A stretch of 63,603 bases of DNA, filler included, from Reticulomyxa filosa (lineage: Eukaryota; Protista; Foraminifera): NCBI GenBank assembly GCA_000512085.1. It is 18 parts of 18 records of this genome, joined end to end, with 100 filler letters (N's around TTAATTAATTAA, not from the genome) between each part and the next. Parts side by side here need not be neighbours in the genome. Positions count along the whole stretch, not along the records: positions 45,362 to 55,482 come from ASPP01010657.1; positions 55,583 to 58,036 come from ASPP01004216.1; positions 58,137 to 59,263 come from ASPP01025071.1; positions 59,364 to 60,748 come from ASPP01006016.1; positions 60,849 to 62,182 come from ASPP01049024.1; 13 more parts are not named here. One strand, given 5' to 3'. Shown here one piece after another: positions 50,743 through 62,282 of the stretch. A program made the translations under genes and the position numbers. The notes under the pieces are model-generated. The model was given only the letters and a program-made list of their open reading frames with translations. It was not told where the DNA came from and did not search any database. How positions within the stretch are numbered: position 1 is the stretch's first letter; each line of letters opens with the position of its first letter.

Positions 50743-51871
50743 GATGCTTACGGCAAATTCTTCCAAGATTTTTTTTATTGTCACAATTAACCCCTCACTG
50801 TTCTCATATCGCTATTTTGCGTGGCAACTAGTTCGAATTAAATAACTGACTTTTAAAAAAGTAAACAAAGTATCATATAATTCAATTTTACTACAATAAT
50901 CGCAAGTCGTTGTTATAACTTGTTCATTTTCATAATTTGCTTCTGTTTGTTTTCTTTCTTTCGAGTTACTTTGATTTTCTAATTTTTGTCTTTTATTTTG
51001 TTCTTTGGATTGATAAATATTTCCTTAATTTTGTGATTGTAGATCAATGTACATTCTAATATATATCTTCAAATATTTTTCCAAAAAAATTCTTGTTATA
51101 TATTTTAAAGCAAAGCTTCAAGAGCTAGTTGCTTGAGAAAAGTTGAACAGTATATCGATGAACATTATAGCATAACAATGTTATGTTTTTTGGACTTTCA
51201 TGACAACAATAAAACAGCCAACCGGTTGGAAAGAAAGGAAAAATGTTCAATTTGATATCATCATTTGTTCTTTTTAAAACGTTTTTAATTTATTTTACGT
51301 TTTTGTTAATGTGGTATGCCATTTTGGAGTTCTAAATTTAAAACTCATAAGGAATATTGCAGAAGTTGAGAATTTATTGTCTTGCAAGATGCTGTTCCTA
51401 CTGGCTGTCATAAACTAAGACATTTCAATTTTTTTTTAAATTCGGGTTTTACGGTTATAATAATCGTTTTCTGAGCAAATAAATTAAAACTCCAAATCTA
51501 AGTTAATATTACAAAATTAATTGGAGCTTTATCAAAAAGTATTCGATCTACATGCTCAACACAAAGTTCACTCGGGACGTCTTTTCAAAAGTTGGACTTC
51601 AATTAAAAAAATTTTATAGTATTTTTTATGCAACGAAAAACAGATTAAAATAGGCATACACTCATGAATCTACCTTTTTTTGTCACAAACTGTGAATGTC
51701 ACTCATTCCAGTTCCAAGAATTAATGAAAAAAAACAGCAAAAAAAAAAAGAAAGGGCTTTAACCCATATAAAAAAACTATCCCAAATTGTTGAGCTTCAA
51801 AAGGCCCTTTTTTTTTAGACCAAAAAATAAGATAGCACCGATTACATCCATAAAAAAATATGGATTGATAC

Positions 51872-52075
51872 TCATTTTCGTGTCATAAATGAGTAATAAA
51901 TGATGGGAATGAGAATACACAGGATTAAAAGTAGAACGATGGTCCATTTCATGCATGGCGGTTGATACGATGCTTTCATGCTTTTCACTGAGGGGCTTCC
52001 TATCCTTGCTGCTTTCAGTGCGGTACGAGAAAACATTGGAACGGTCTCTTCGTCATTGATTTGTTGGGGATCCAT
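51872..52075 (-). CDS. Small C-terminally anchored membrane protein (67 aa)
   Basis: ATG-initiated, more GC-rich than its flanks, single C-terminal hydrophobic helix followed by TRK. Confidence 0.5.
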   Translation of the reverse strand: MDPQQINDEETVPMFSRTALKAARIGSPSVKSMKASYQPPCMKWTIVLLLILCILIPIIYYSFMTRK

Positions 52076-52575
52076 TCGTCTTCGACGTTGAATGTGAAAC
52101 TCTTATTGACTTGCTGATTTTATAATATACAAGCCGTTATAACAAATTCAGTTTTACGAGTTTTTTTGAATTATTTTCCCCTGTCCCTTTAATTCTTTTG
52201 TTCGTCGGTGTTGATATTTTACCTCTTTTTCTTTGACATTTTCAGATTACAAATAACAACATGTTAATTTCAGTAAGTCTTAACAGTTACGTGTGATTTA
52301 AGGAAGGAAAAAGAAAATTGAGAACATTGGAATGCATTATCACAAAATAATGACTAGCTTGTGTGAGTTATCACAAATCTTTTTTGAGTCAAAAACTTAC
52401 TTGAAAAATTATCCAAAAAGCAGACATTAAATGTACTGCAACAGATTGAGGTAAATAGTTTTGATATCATAAAGCAGATATCAACGACTCTCAGATTTTT
52501 AAAATACAGAAAAGTTCGCCACTTTGTACCGTTTTTTTTTTAAAAAAAGAAACTATAAGGCAAAGAAATAACGAA

Positions 52576-52954
52576 ATGAGCCTTCGTTTCAAAGCGAAAT
52601 GTCCTTACTTGGGGCTGTCACCTCGGCAAATGAAGGATCTGGTGGCAGCAATTCGGGACAATGTGAATGTAGGAACTCACAAGCAGTTTTTCAAAACGTA
52701 CGCCAACTCGTTTGTTGGAGCAGAGTGCGTAACATGGATGATGGAAGCAGGATTAGTCCAAAAGCGTGAAGAAGCTGTAGAACTGGGAAACCGTTTGTTG
52801 GAAGTACGTTTGATTTTGCATGTAAAAGCAAACGACGTCTTCAAAGACGACCAAGACTTGTATTACCTTATCGACCCTGTTGCCGGAACTGACTTGGCCC
52901 CAGTTTTGTATGTGTCATCAATTTCATTAGATTAATTTTTTATTTTATTTTGGA

Positions 52955-52991
<37 letters not shown>

Positions 52992-53415
52992 TTAAAAAAA
53001 CTTGAAAAAAGATTCAAGTGGATGTGGAAAGAGCCCGTTCCTTGATAGAGGTACGTCAATCGTTGCCAAAGAATGAAGGCGAAATGCGACAATTGTTAAA
53101 AGAGCTAAGTAGCAAAGGCATAGAGGCAGCAGAAGTAAGTCGGGCGTTATGTTTAGTCAAGTATGCGTCAATTTTAACCTCAAATGGTCACACATCCAAT
53201 CCAAGCATTAGCGTAGTTTTGAAGCGAAATCTTTGTTTATTTGTTTTTTTGGTTTTGTGTTACGTTTTGATTATTGCCATCTCCTCCTCTTCCTCCTCCT
53301 CCTCCAATCGCAAACAAATCGAAGGGGTTTCTTATATGTGACAATTCAATGTAACGTATTATCATTTACAACAAATAATATAACCAAACTTGTTTATACA
53401 TACACACATACATAC

Positions 53416-53453
<38 letters not shown>

Positions 53454-53840
53454 TGTATAATGTGTATGTTAATAAAATGTCAATAAACCAATAGGACGGT
53501 GACGACATTTTGCAAGTGCGACATGACAGTATGAAGGGCGATGAGGTGAGCCACGGCAAGAAGAAGTCGCAACAGAGAGTGGATGGAGACAACAACAGCG
53601 ATATAGACGACAATGAGCCATCGAATAACAACAACAATGAGAATGACAATGACAACAACAATGAGGACAACAGCGGTAATGTGGCAAATACCACGCACAA
53701 AAATTCGTACTCTTTCAACCATAGTCATAGCAACAGCAAAACAGCACGACATCATAAGAATAGCAATGCGAATGATAACAACAACAACAATAACAACATT
53801 GAACAATAGTAGCAACGCAGAGCATAATAATGTAAACAAC

Positions 53841-53884
<44 letters not shown>

Positions 53885-55482
53885 TCACAATAATGACAAC
53901 AGTAATAATAATGCAAATAACAACTCCAATGACAATGCAAACAAAAATACAATCGGCAGTGTCGAAGAGCTTGTCAACATTCGCAAGAAGATCAACGCAC
54001 TGTTGAAGACGGCATTCAAAGAGGCGGATGTGAACAATAGCAACGACTTGGACATTGAAGAGTTTGGCAATCTGTTGGTAAACTTGGGGATTCGAGTGAG
54101 TGACAAGGGAGGCGATGCTATTGTTCAGTGAAATCCTGGACCGACATCGGAAGACGTATTTGGGTTTTTACGAGTTTAAACAGGCATTTGCGGTGTCGGA
54201 CCCAAGCATTTACATATCTTCGCCGGTCGATATGGATCCGTCGATCATCTTGCGAAAGCATGTGAAAACGTATTATGAAAAAGTAGCGAAAAATCACCGT
54301 CGTAAAAAAAACAAAACGTTGGAAACGGCATGGAATTTGTTTGCGTCGGAAGCGCAAACTCTGAACAGAATCCAATTCAAAGAGGGCGTCTTGTGGCTCG
54401 GCATCCCCTTATCCAACGAAGAGAGCAACTTTGTCTTTGATTGCATCAACATATCCAAATCGGGCTTGTTGACCCTGCAAGAATTCAAAAAGGACGTCAG
54501 TCATGACATTCCTATTCCCATTGCCAGTGTGGTCAATGTGCGTGACATTTTAATGAATACTTTGGATCGACACTTGGCCAAATATCCAGGCAAGCGAACA
54601 GCCATTCCAAATAACAATAACAATAACAATAATAACACTGCCGTCAATAGTCAACATGTGATTCAAATCAGTGGCGATATAGGCAATAATGAACACTCTG
54701 CAAGTCGTGACCCCGATGAAGAAGATGAAGACAGTCGCTCGCAACCCTCTACTAATGCTAATGCCAATGCCAATGCCAATACCAATACCAATACCAATGC
54801 TAATGCAAAATCAAGCTCTTCCAGGTCCTTGACCAAAGGCACATCTAAACGCTTTTTGACCAAGGCCCAAGGCAAGGAAGAACTCGGACAAGACGGAACC
54901 AAGTCGGGTGTCAAGGGTGGTTTGGCGTCGTCGGGTGCTGCCTCACCTGCTGTCGCCTCGTCATCTTCCTCATCGTCTGCGGGCGGCGCGACGGGGGCCG
55001 CAAATGCGGGTGCAGGTGCAGGCGCGGCCGCACAAAACTTGAAAAAACCAACGATCAAAGCAGATACGGTCTCGCCTTTTGGCAGTGCGCTGTTGGAGTT
55101 TGCAGACTTGCAAGACGAGGTCCTCAGTGACATTGTCACCACCATGGCCCAGGACAAGGACGATCCCACTGAAAGCTCGAAAAAACAAACTGATAATGCC
55201 AAGCCCAATACCAATGACAATAATAATGATAAGAAGAAGAAGAAAGAAGAAGAAGAAAAAGAAAAAGAAAAAGAAAGAAAAAAAAAGAGGAGGAAGACAA
55301 AAATAAAAAGGGACAAGACAAAAAACAAAAAACTCGGTCGCGAATGAATATGACGATGAAGAGGAAGAAAAACAGATTCAGCCAGATAAAAAAGCCACTG
55401 AAAAAGCAAAGACGACGGTCGTTGCGAATGATACAAAAAACAAAGGCATTGCTAATAATAATAATAATAATAATAATAATAA
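52576..55482 (+). CDS. DEP-domain and EF-hand protein with poly-N tracts, 3'-partial
   Basis: DEP: KTYANSFVGAECVTWM...REEAVELGNRLL...HV...FKDD.DLY. EF loops DVNNSNDLDIEEF, DRHRKTYLGFYEF, NISKSGLLTLQEF. Frameshifts near 53800, 54105 and 55290. Confidence 0.85.
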
Positions 55483-55582
55483 NNNNNNNNNNNNNNNNNN
55501 NNNNNNNNNNNNNNNNNNNNNNNNNNTTAATTAATTAANNNNNNNNNNNNNNNNNNNNNNNNNNNNNNNNNNNNNNNNNNNN

Positions 55583-56116
55583 TGATTGGTTATATCATTT
55601 ATATATGTATTTATTTATATAGTTTGTTTCATTAAACAACAAAATAAACACACACATAATTAATACGTGATTTGTTGATAAATCCAATACTTGTACAATC
55701 CCCACAGATATGATATTTGAATATGGTTATATCGGTAATACCAATTGTCATCATTTTCTTTTATGAATCCAAAGTATTGCAACTGCTTTTCCATATCTTC
55801 AAATGCTTGTTTCAAATTTACATTTAATTGATGACATTTCTGAAATAAATAGTTATATAAAGCTTGCTTGTTAATTTGACGATATTTGATATGTTTAGGA
55901 TATTTCAAAATATTCCATAAAATATGCAAACACATTTCTCTTTTTATTTTCAATTCATTTTCTTCTTTCAATCTATCATTTTACAAATTTTAGTTTACAC
56001 CTATGTCTTTTTTGTTGTATATTTCATTTACATTTAACTCATTCAAGTTGGACGTTACACAAATTTCTTTTAATTTCTCGAGTGTATCAGTATAAATTTG
56101 ATTGCAATTTTTCCAT
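55583..56116 (-). CDS. PUB-like domain protein, 3'-partial
   Basis: LHILWNILKYPKHIKYRQIN...LQYFGF matches the PUB/PUG pattern NIxxxPxxxKYRxI...LxxxGF. Confidence 0.75.
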
Positions 56117-56941
56117 GTTTTTCAAAATAATTCCTTTGCTTATTTTATTATCAAATTTTTTTATTAATTCCATTAAATGCAATTGTTGTTGAAGAGTTGT
56201 GCTAGAAGTTATTTGTGTATTGTAAAAAGGATATTTGAACAAAATTATCTCAAATGTGTTTGTATGAGCTTAACTTATTCTCCACAAAGAATCTCAGGAT
56301 AATTTGGAGTTGTTCCATTTGAGATAGAAAAAGTAAAATAATTTTTTTTCTGAAATGGAGTGAAGAACCTTGAACTTTAATGACGTATGAAAAAGGTTTA
56401 CATTTTGTGTTCATTTTGTACATTAAGAAATAATATGTGTTATTCTTCTTCAAAATGGGAAAAATAAATAATTAGTGTTTATAAAATACATTCTACCTTC
56501 TACGGTCAAAAATAGAACTATTCAACATGTAAAGAAAAAACAAATAGTATAAAATTTTATGTTGTAGAAATAAAACTTAACAAAATACTCACAAATTAAT
56601 AATTAACAAGTTTAATTTCTTCAAATAAAATATCTGACAGCAAAAAAGGCCTTCAATCGTTGTCTAATTTTTTACTCCAAAAAAACTGAATGTTATCTTA
56701 AAAAATTCAGCAAAACTGGAGAAAAAAAAAAAGAAATCTTACCCTTTAGTAAAAATTTGTTTTTATGTTTTAATTGAAAGATTAGCAATATTTAATAATC
56801 ACTCTATGAATTTAATTACTTATTGCAAAATTCACAAAAATATGTGATAAAATACAATATGTCAATTGAGCCATATCATAACACTCCAGATTTTAAAGTG
56901 AATGAATTGAAAAAAATTTAAATTAAAACAAATTCATGTAT

Positions 56942-58036
56942 TTATCCCCAAATACAAATTGGGCCTTTGCCTAAACCATAACATAAATTAAAACAATCAT
57001 TCGATCTTTGTTTATTATTGTTTACTTTCTTTTTTAATGAAAAAAGTTTAAGACAATATATTCCACTATATTCATCTCCTTCGATCACAAATAATTCTTT
57101 ATTATCTGATCGAATATCCCAAAAACGAATGGTATTATCTTTTGATCCAGAACATATTACATTTGAACTACCACCAATTTCGATATTATCCGTCACAAAT
57201 GGAGAATATTCAGCAGCAAATACATAATCTGTATGTCCATCGAACATTTGAATTTGTTGACCAGAACGAATATCCCACAAACGAACACTTGCATCATTTG
57301 ATCCAGATAATATTGTATTTGCACCGCTAATAATACCTGAGTCATTTGATCCGTATTTTACACTATTTACAGAACTTCCATGTCCTTCAAATACATTCAA
57401 TTGTTTGGTTGTTTCAATATCCCATGTACGAATAGTTGTATCATTTGATCCAGAACAAATTGTATATCCATTTCCACCAATCACACCAATATTATTACTT
57501 TGATCACCATTCTTGTTACTATTGCTTTGCATTGGTGAAATATTCACACAACGAACAAAACTTGTATGTCCATTAAAAGTATGCAATGATTTATATGTTT
57601 TAATATCCCATAAACGAATAGTTGCATCACGTGATCCAGAGCACAAATATCTACCACTATTAAATGGTGAGCATTCAACGACATAAACTCCTCTTGTGTG
57701 TCCACTCAATATCCTCAATTGTTGATTATCTTTGAAATCCCAAAAACGAATAGTATTGTCATGCGATGAAGAACAAATGACACTTTGATGATAATTATGA
57801 TAATGATATCGTGAAAATTTCACACAATACACAAGACTTGTATGTTCTTCGAATAATCTTATTTGTTTTCTAGTATCCACATCCCATACACGAACTGTGC
57901 TATCACTCGATCCAGAACAAATGAATTGATCACCATCGAATGTTGAATAATCAATACTGTTTACATAGCTAATGTGTCCAATAAGTGTTTTGAGTAACTT
58001 GGATGATGAACAAAATTCATCAAACATTTGTGCTGC
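56942..58036 (-). CDS. WD40-repeat protein of an expanded family, 5'-partial
   Basis: Six GH...ICSGSxDxTIRxWD repeats, ending GPICIWG. Confidence 0.93.
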   Translation of the reverse strand, partial: AAQMFDEFCSSSKLLKTLIGHISYVNSIDYSTFDGDQFICSGSSDSTVRVWDVDTRKQIRLFEEHTSLVYCVKFSRYHYHNYHQSVICSSSHDNTIRFWDFKDNQQLRILSGHTRGVYVVECSPFNSGRYLCSGSRDATIRLWDIKTYKSLHTFNGHTSFVRCVNISPMQSNSNKNGDQSNNIGVIGGNGYTICSGSNDTTIRTWDIETTKQLNVFEGHGSSVNSVKYGSNDSGIISGANTILSGSNDASVRLWDIRSGQQIQMFDGHTDYVFAAEYSPFVTDNIEIGGSSNVICSGSKDNTIRFWDIRSDNKELFVIEGDEYSGIYCLKLFSLKKKVNNNKQRSNDCFNLCYGLGKGPICIWG

Positions 58037-59363
58037 NNNNNNNNNNNNNNNNNNNNNNNNNNNNNNNNNNNNNNNNNNNNTTAATTAATTAANNNNNNNN
58101 NNNNNNNNNNNNNNNNNNNNNNNNNNNNNNNNNNNNCGTTCAAGAAAAAGGTAGTAATGATTTTGTCGCAATTTGGTGAATAATGAAAGAAAATAAAATG
58201 GATAATTTTTCACTGTTCATCCAATCTCTCAAAAGTACAAAATGTTAACATTTTAATACACTTTATCTTTGCCAATAATTTCCAAAAATACAAAAAGAGG
58301 AAACAAAAATTCAGTGTAATCATCAGTCTCTCAGGAACGTTTTTCCTTTAAAATGTAACTCAGTAAAGAAAATATTCTGCTCAGTCAAGATGTGTGAAAG
58401 AAACTAATTTTTGATTTGTTTGTATTTACAACAAACATTCAAGTTATATTGCAAACTTTTTATAAAATCTTTCTAAAGAGTGCATCTACCAACTATGTTT
58501 TTTTTTCCTAAAAAAAAATTCTATATATTAACTTCATTGTTGAACTCTATTACGTAATGAACATATAACATAATTTTTTTTTACAAACAAGCAGATTATC
58601 AAATTTCTTAAATGAATTGTACAAAGATCAATTTGCATAGTTTTAATAGCTTTAAACATTTTCAATTTTTTTAAAGAAAACTATGTTTTGATTTAAAAAA
58701 AATGGAGAATCCTTCCTTTTTTATTTTTGACATCAAATCTTCACATACAGATTTTTTTTGAAGAAAATTTTGAATTTGCTATAGACTCTGAAAAAGGAAT
58801 GTATTTTTTGTTGTGTATACTCAAATATTCATTGTTTTTTGTATATCTCATTTGTTTATTTTTTAAATTTGTCAGTCTATCTCCGTTTTTTAAATTAAAA
58901 AACGAAAAAGGTGAAGTAAAGAAATTTCAAAGGGATCCATTGGTTGTAATTGCTTAATTCATTTGACTTGAAAGAAAAAAATTAAAAGAAGTAAGTAGAT
59001 TTCATGGCATAAATTAAAAATAATTAAACAAATAAAGCAAATTTTTAATTTAGCATAAAAAAAAAACTACTCACAAATGGGCAAAATAATAGTTTCGAGA
59101 AATTGTAGAAACCAAAAAAACTACAACTTTATTAGAGTCTGTTTTGATTGTGTTTGCAAGGATTTCATAGATCCCATTGCCTTTGAAGAAACTTAACAAT
59201 TAATTGGTAATCTCTGAACGATAACTTTTTGTCAATTGCTCTGTTCATTCAAGTTTGACTTTTNNNNNNNNNNNNNNNNNNNNNNNNNNNNNNNNNNNNN
59301 NNNNNNNTTAATTAATTAANNNNNNNNNNNNNNNNNNNNNNNNNNNNNNNNNNNNNNNNNNNN

Positions 59364-60366
59364 CTGGGATGCCGAGTACGCGCAATCGGCCCTGGTCCTG
59401 CCGGCGCACGGAGCCCCGACCCTCGCCATCGGCAACATCTTCTCGGTCATGAGGGCGCGCGAACAAGCCTGGATCAGCGACATCCGGTTCGGAAAGGGGC
59501 CAGGCCTCGGGAAGGAAATCATCGCGCTGCTTCCCGCAGCGGCGAGCCGGGTCGGAATCGTCGGGCGCGAGGAAATCCCCATGGCGGTCTGGGACGAACT
59601 GGCAGCCGCCGGCGCTGCCGGGTGGATCGACTGTTCGCCCGAACTGGCGCGGCGTCGCGCGACCAAGGACGCGGTCGAGATTGCCTATCATCGTGAAGCC
59701 GGACGGATCTGCGATGAGATATTCGAACGCCTCGGACCGGCACTGCGCGCGGGGAAGGCCGTCTTCCAGATCCAGGCCGAGCTCGAGCACCATGCCCGTT
59801 CGCGCGGCTGTGAGTTGTGCAAGACCTGGCTGACGGTTGCGCCGGTGCCCGACCGCTGCCGTTACAGCCGCGACGAAAACTACAACGTGCCGCAGGAGGG
59901 GGATCAGGTTCTCCTCGGCATCATGTTGATCCTGCACGGGCATTGGGGTCATGCCATTCGTACCGGCGCGATCGGACGCAGCAGCCGCGATGCCGAGCGC
60001 ATCTTCGCGCGCGTTGCCGCCATGCACACTGCCATGTTCGACAGCCTTCGCCCGAACACCGAGATTTCGGTCGTCGGCAATGCGGGTGTTGTTCCAGCCG
60101 AGGAAGGCGTCTTCCAGTTTCGCTCCGGCCATGCCCTGGGTCACAGCTACGAAGATCCGTCCGGCACAAGCGAGTTTCCGCAGCCCTACGAAGCGGGGCA
60201 AGTGGCCAGCAGGCCGGCTCTCGTCCAGGCTGGGATGCTGTTCGAGCTTCATCCCAACCTGTTCATCAAGGATGTCGGCGCAGCATCGATTGGTGACATG
60301 GTCCTGGTGACTGACCAGGGCGCCGAGTACCTCACGACCTTTCCGCGTCACCTCCTGATTTTCTAG
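59364..60366 (+). CDS. Bacterial M24 / creatinase-fold (pita-bread) protein, 5'-partial
   Basis: LARRRATKDAVEI, GDQVLL...GHWGHAIRT, GHALG, GMLFELHP, IGDMVLVT..GAEYLT. High-GC bacterial codon usage. Confidence 0.85.
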
Positions 60367-60367
60367 T

Positions 60368-60748
60368 CTAGCGAAGGGGCGTTGGCCTTCGCCGATGGCG
60401 CATGGCGTTGGTCAAGTGCGTCCGCATGAGTTCCGAGGCTTCGGTCGCAGAGCCGCCGACCATCGCATCCATGATATCGAGATGTTCCTTCAGCCAGATC
60501 ACCATGCGGCTTTCGTCGGGAGCATCCCTATACTCGAGAAGCTGACGCAGGCGATTGTGTTGGACGACACCAGAATGGAAGAACGGATTCTCGGCGCAGG
60601 TGGCGATCACTTCGTGGAAAGTGGCATCCACCTTGAAAGCGAGCCGACCCGTTCGCTGCTCTGTGGGCAAGGTCAAGAGTCGAATGTGTTCGTCACGGCA
60701 GGCGCGGACCAGATCGCGGCGCACAGAAAAAGTAGGCAGCAAGAAGAG
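60368..60748 (-). CDS. Bacterial GntR-family regulator, FCD domain, 5'-partial
   Basis: DATFHEVIATCAENPFF...EHLDIMDAM..G...EASELMRTHL. Confidence 0.9.
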   Translation of the reverse strand, partial: LFLLPTFSVRRDLVRACRDEHIRLLTLPTEQRTGRLAFKVDATFHEVIATCAENPFFHSGVVQHNRLRQLLEYRDAPDESRMVIWLKEHLDIMDAMVGGSATEASELMRTHLTNAMRHRRRPTPLR

Positions 60749-60889
60749 NNNNNNNNNNNNNNNNNNNNNNNNNNNNNNNNNNNNNNNNNNNNTTAATTAA
60801 TTAANNNNNNNNNNNNNNNNNNNNNNNNNNNNNNNNNNNNNNNNNNNNTGTGTGTGTATGTGTGTGCTCAGAGAATATTTTCATATTGA

Positions 60890-62182
60890 TTAATGATTCC
60901 AATGCACAAAATTCCAATATTTTCACACGCTTGAAACATGCATTAAGTTGGCGACAAGTTTCGATATCTTTGCCTTTGTTTATTCTTCATTTGTTTCTTC
61001 ATGCCGCAAGTATTTGATACATGTAACAAAAAATGGAAGGTGAAAGAATTTGGAACAGAATGATTGGTGACGGAGGAATTGCTATTACAAACAGAAAAAA
61101 AAAGGAAGTTGAGAGTGTTATTGCACGTTTTGGGGACTCCAAAGCAAGGGGCAATAAACATCTACAAAAAAGTGAAAGAAGAAGAAAAAGTTGAAGAAAA
61201 AAAAGATGCCTAGCAAATACAGAGACAGGAAATCTGCATGATCAAATTGTGAACAAGTTATGCAATGGCGAAGAATGGTCAAATTTGGACAATTTTCTGA
61301 AAATGATTGCCATTTGTATGAAAATTCGAACTGATACTTCTATCATTTTGATGGGTGAAACGGAATGTGGAAAGACATCTATCATCAAATTTTTGGCACA
61401 TGTTGCAAATGTGAACCTGATTGCAATAGATGTCCATGGGGGATTTGGAAGTGATGAACTCACTCAAATAATGAAAGAGTGTAACATAGAAATCTCCAGA
61501 AACAATATAATGGAGTTGTGGGTATTTTTAAATGAAGTAAATACATCTCCAGATATTGGATGGTTCAAAGAATTGATTTACGATCATAGTTTGGATGGAG
61601 TAAAAATCAGCAATCAAATAAAGGTGATTGCAGCATACAACCCTTATCGACCACGAAAAATATAGAATGATGAAAATGTAAATATAAATGATCCATTAAG
61701 CAAATGGGTATATCGTGTATTTCCATTGTGTGAAACCATGAAAGAATATGCTTGGCACTTTGGTCAGTTATCTCAATTGGATGAAAAACAATACATTCAA
61801 GCCATGGTCAGACAATTGAAAGAGAAATTTGACAAACAAAGTTCTGTTTACGAAAAAATTCAAAAGTGGGAACCAAAGATTACAGAATATATTGTGGCAT
61901 CACAACAATTCTTACGTAAACACTTGAAAAATGAATTCATTGTATCATTGCGTGATGTGAGTAGATGTCTCAAGTTTTTTCATTGGTTAATGCAACAACC
62001 TCAGACAGATAAACCAGTAGAATGGACAGAAAGGGCATTAAAAATTGCATTGGGCTTGTGTTATTACTTTCGATTGGATAAAAGAAAAAGAAAAGAATAT
62101 GATACAATGATGTTGGAAAGAAATCAATGTTCATTTGTAAAAGTGTTGAACGAAGAAATAGACAATTTATCCAAACCCTTTG
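60890..62182 (+). pseudogene. RNF213 (mysterin)-like dynein-type AAA+ fragment, inactivated
   Basis: ILMGETECGKT, DVHGG, WVFLNEVNT, IAAYNPYR, VYRVFPL, WHFGQL, VSLRDVSRC match the RNF213 AAA core. In-frame TAG at 61663-61665 and altered Walker A/B. Confidence 0.85.
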
Positions 62183-62282
62183 NNNNNNNNNNNNNNNNNN
62201 NNNNNNNNNNNNNNNNNNNNNNNNNNTTAATTAATTAANNNNNNNNNNNNNNNNNNNNNNNNNNNNNNNNNNNNNNNNNNNN

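Noticed and set aside
53800-53945. (AAT)n, (TA)n and hexamer microsatellites
   Set aside because: Ordinary slippage repeats (poly-Asn or intronic), abundant throughout this genome.
61663-61665. TAG read-through or an alternative genetic code
   Set aside because: The same gene has broken Walker A/B motifs and other stops, and long intact CDSs in the window (e.g. 11183-14365) contain no in-frame TAR.
59364-62182. Bacterial genes next to an RNF213-like gene as HGT or a defence island
   Set aside because: They lie on separate contigs split by linkers; the adjacency is artificial.
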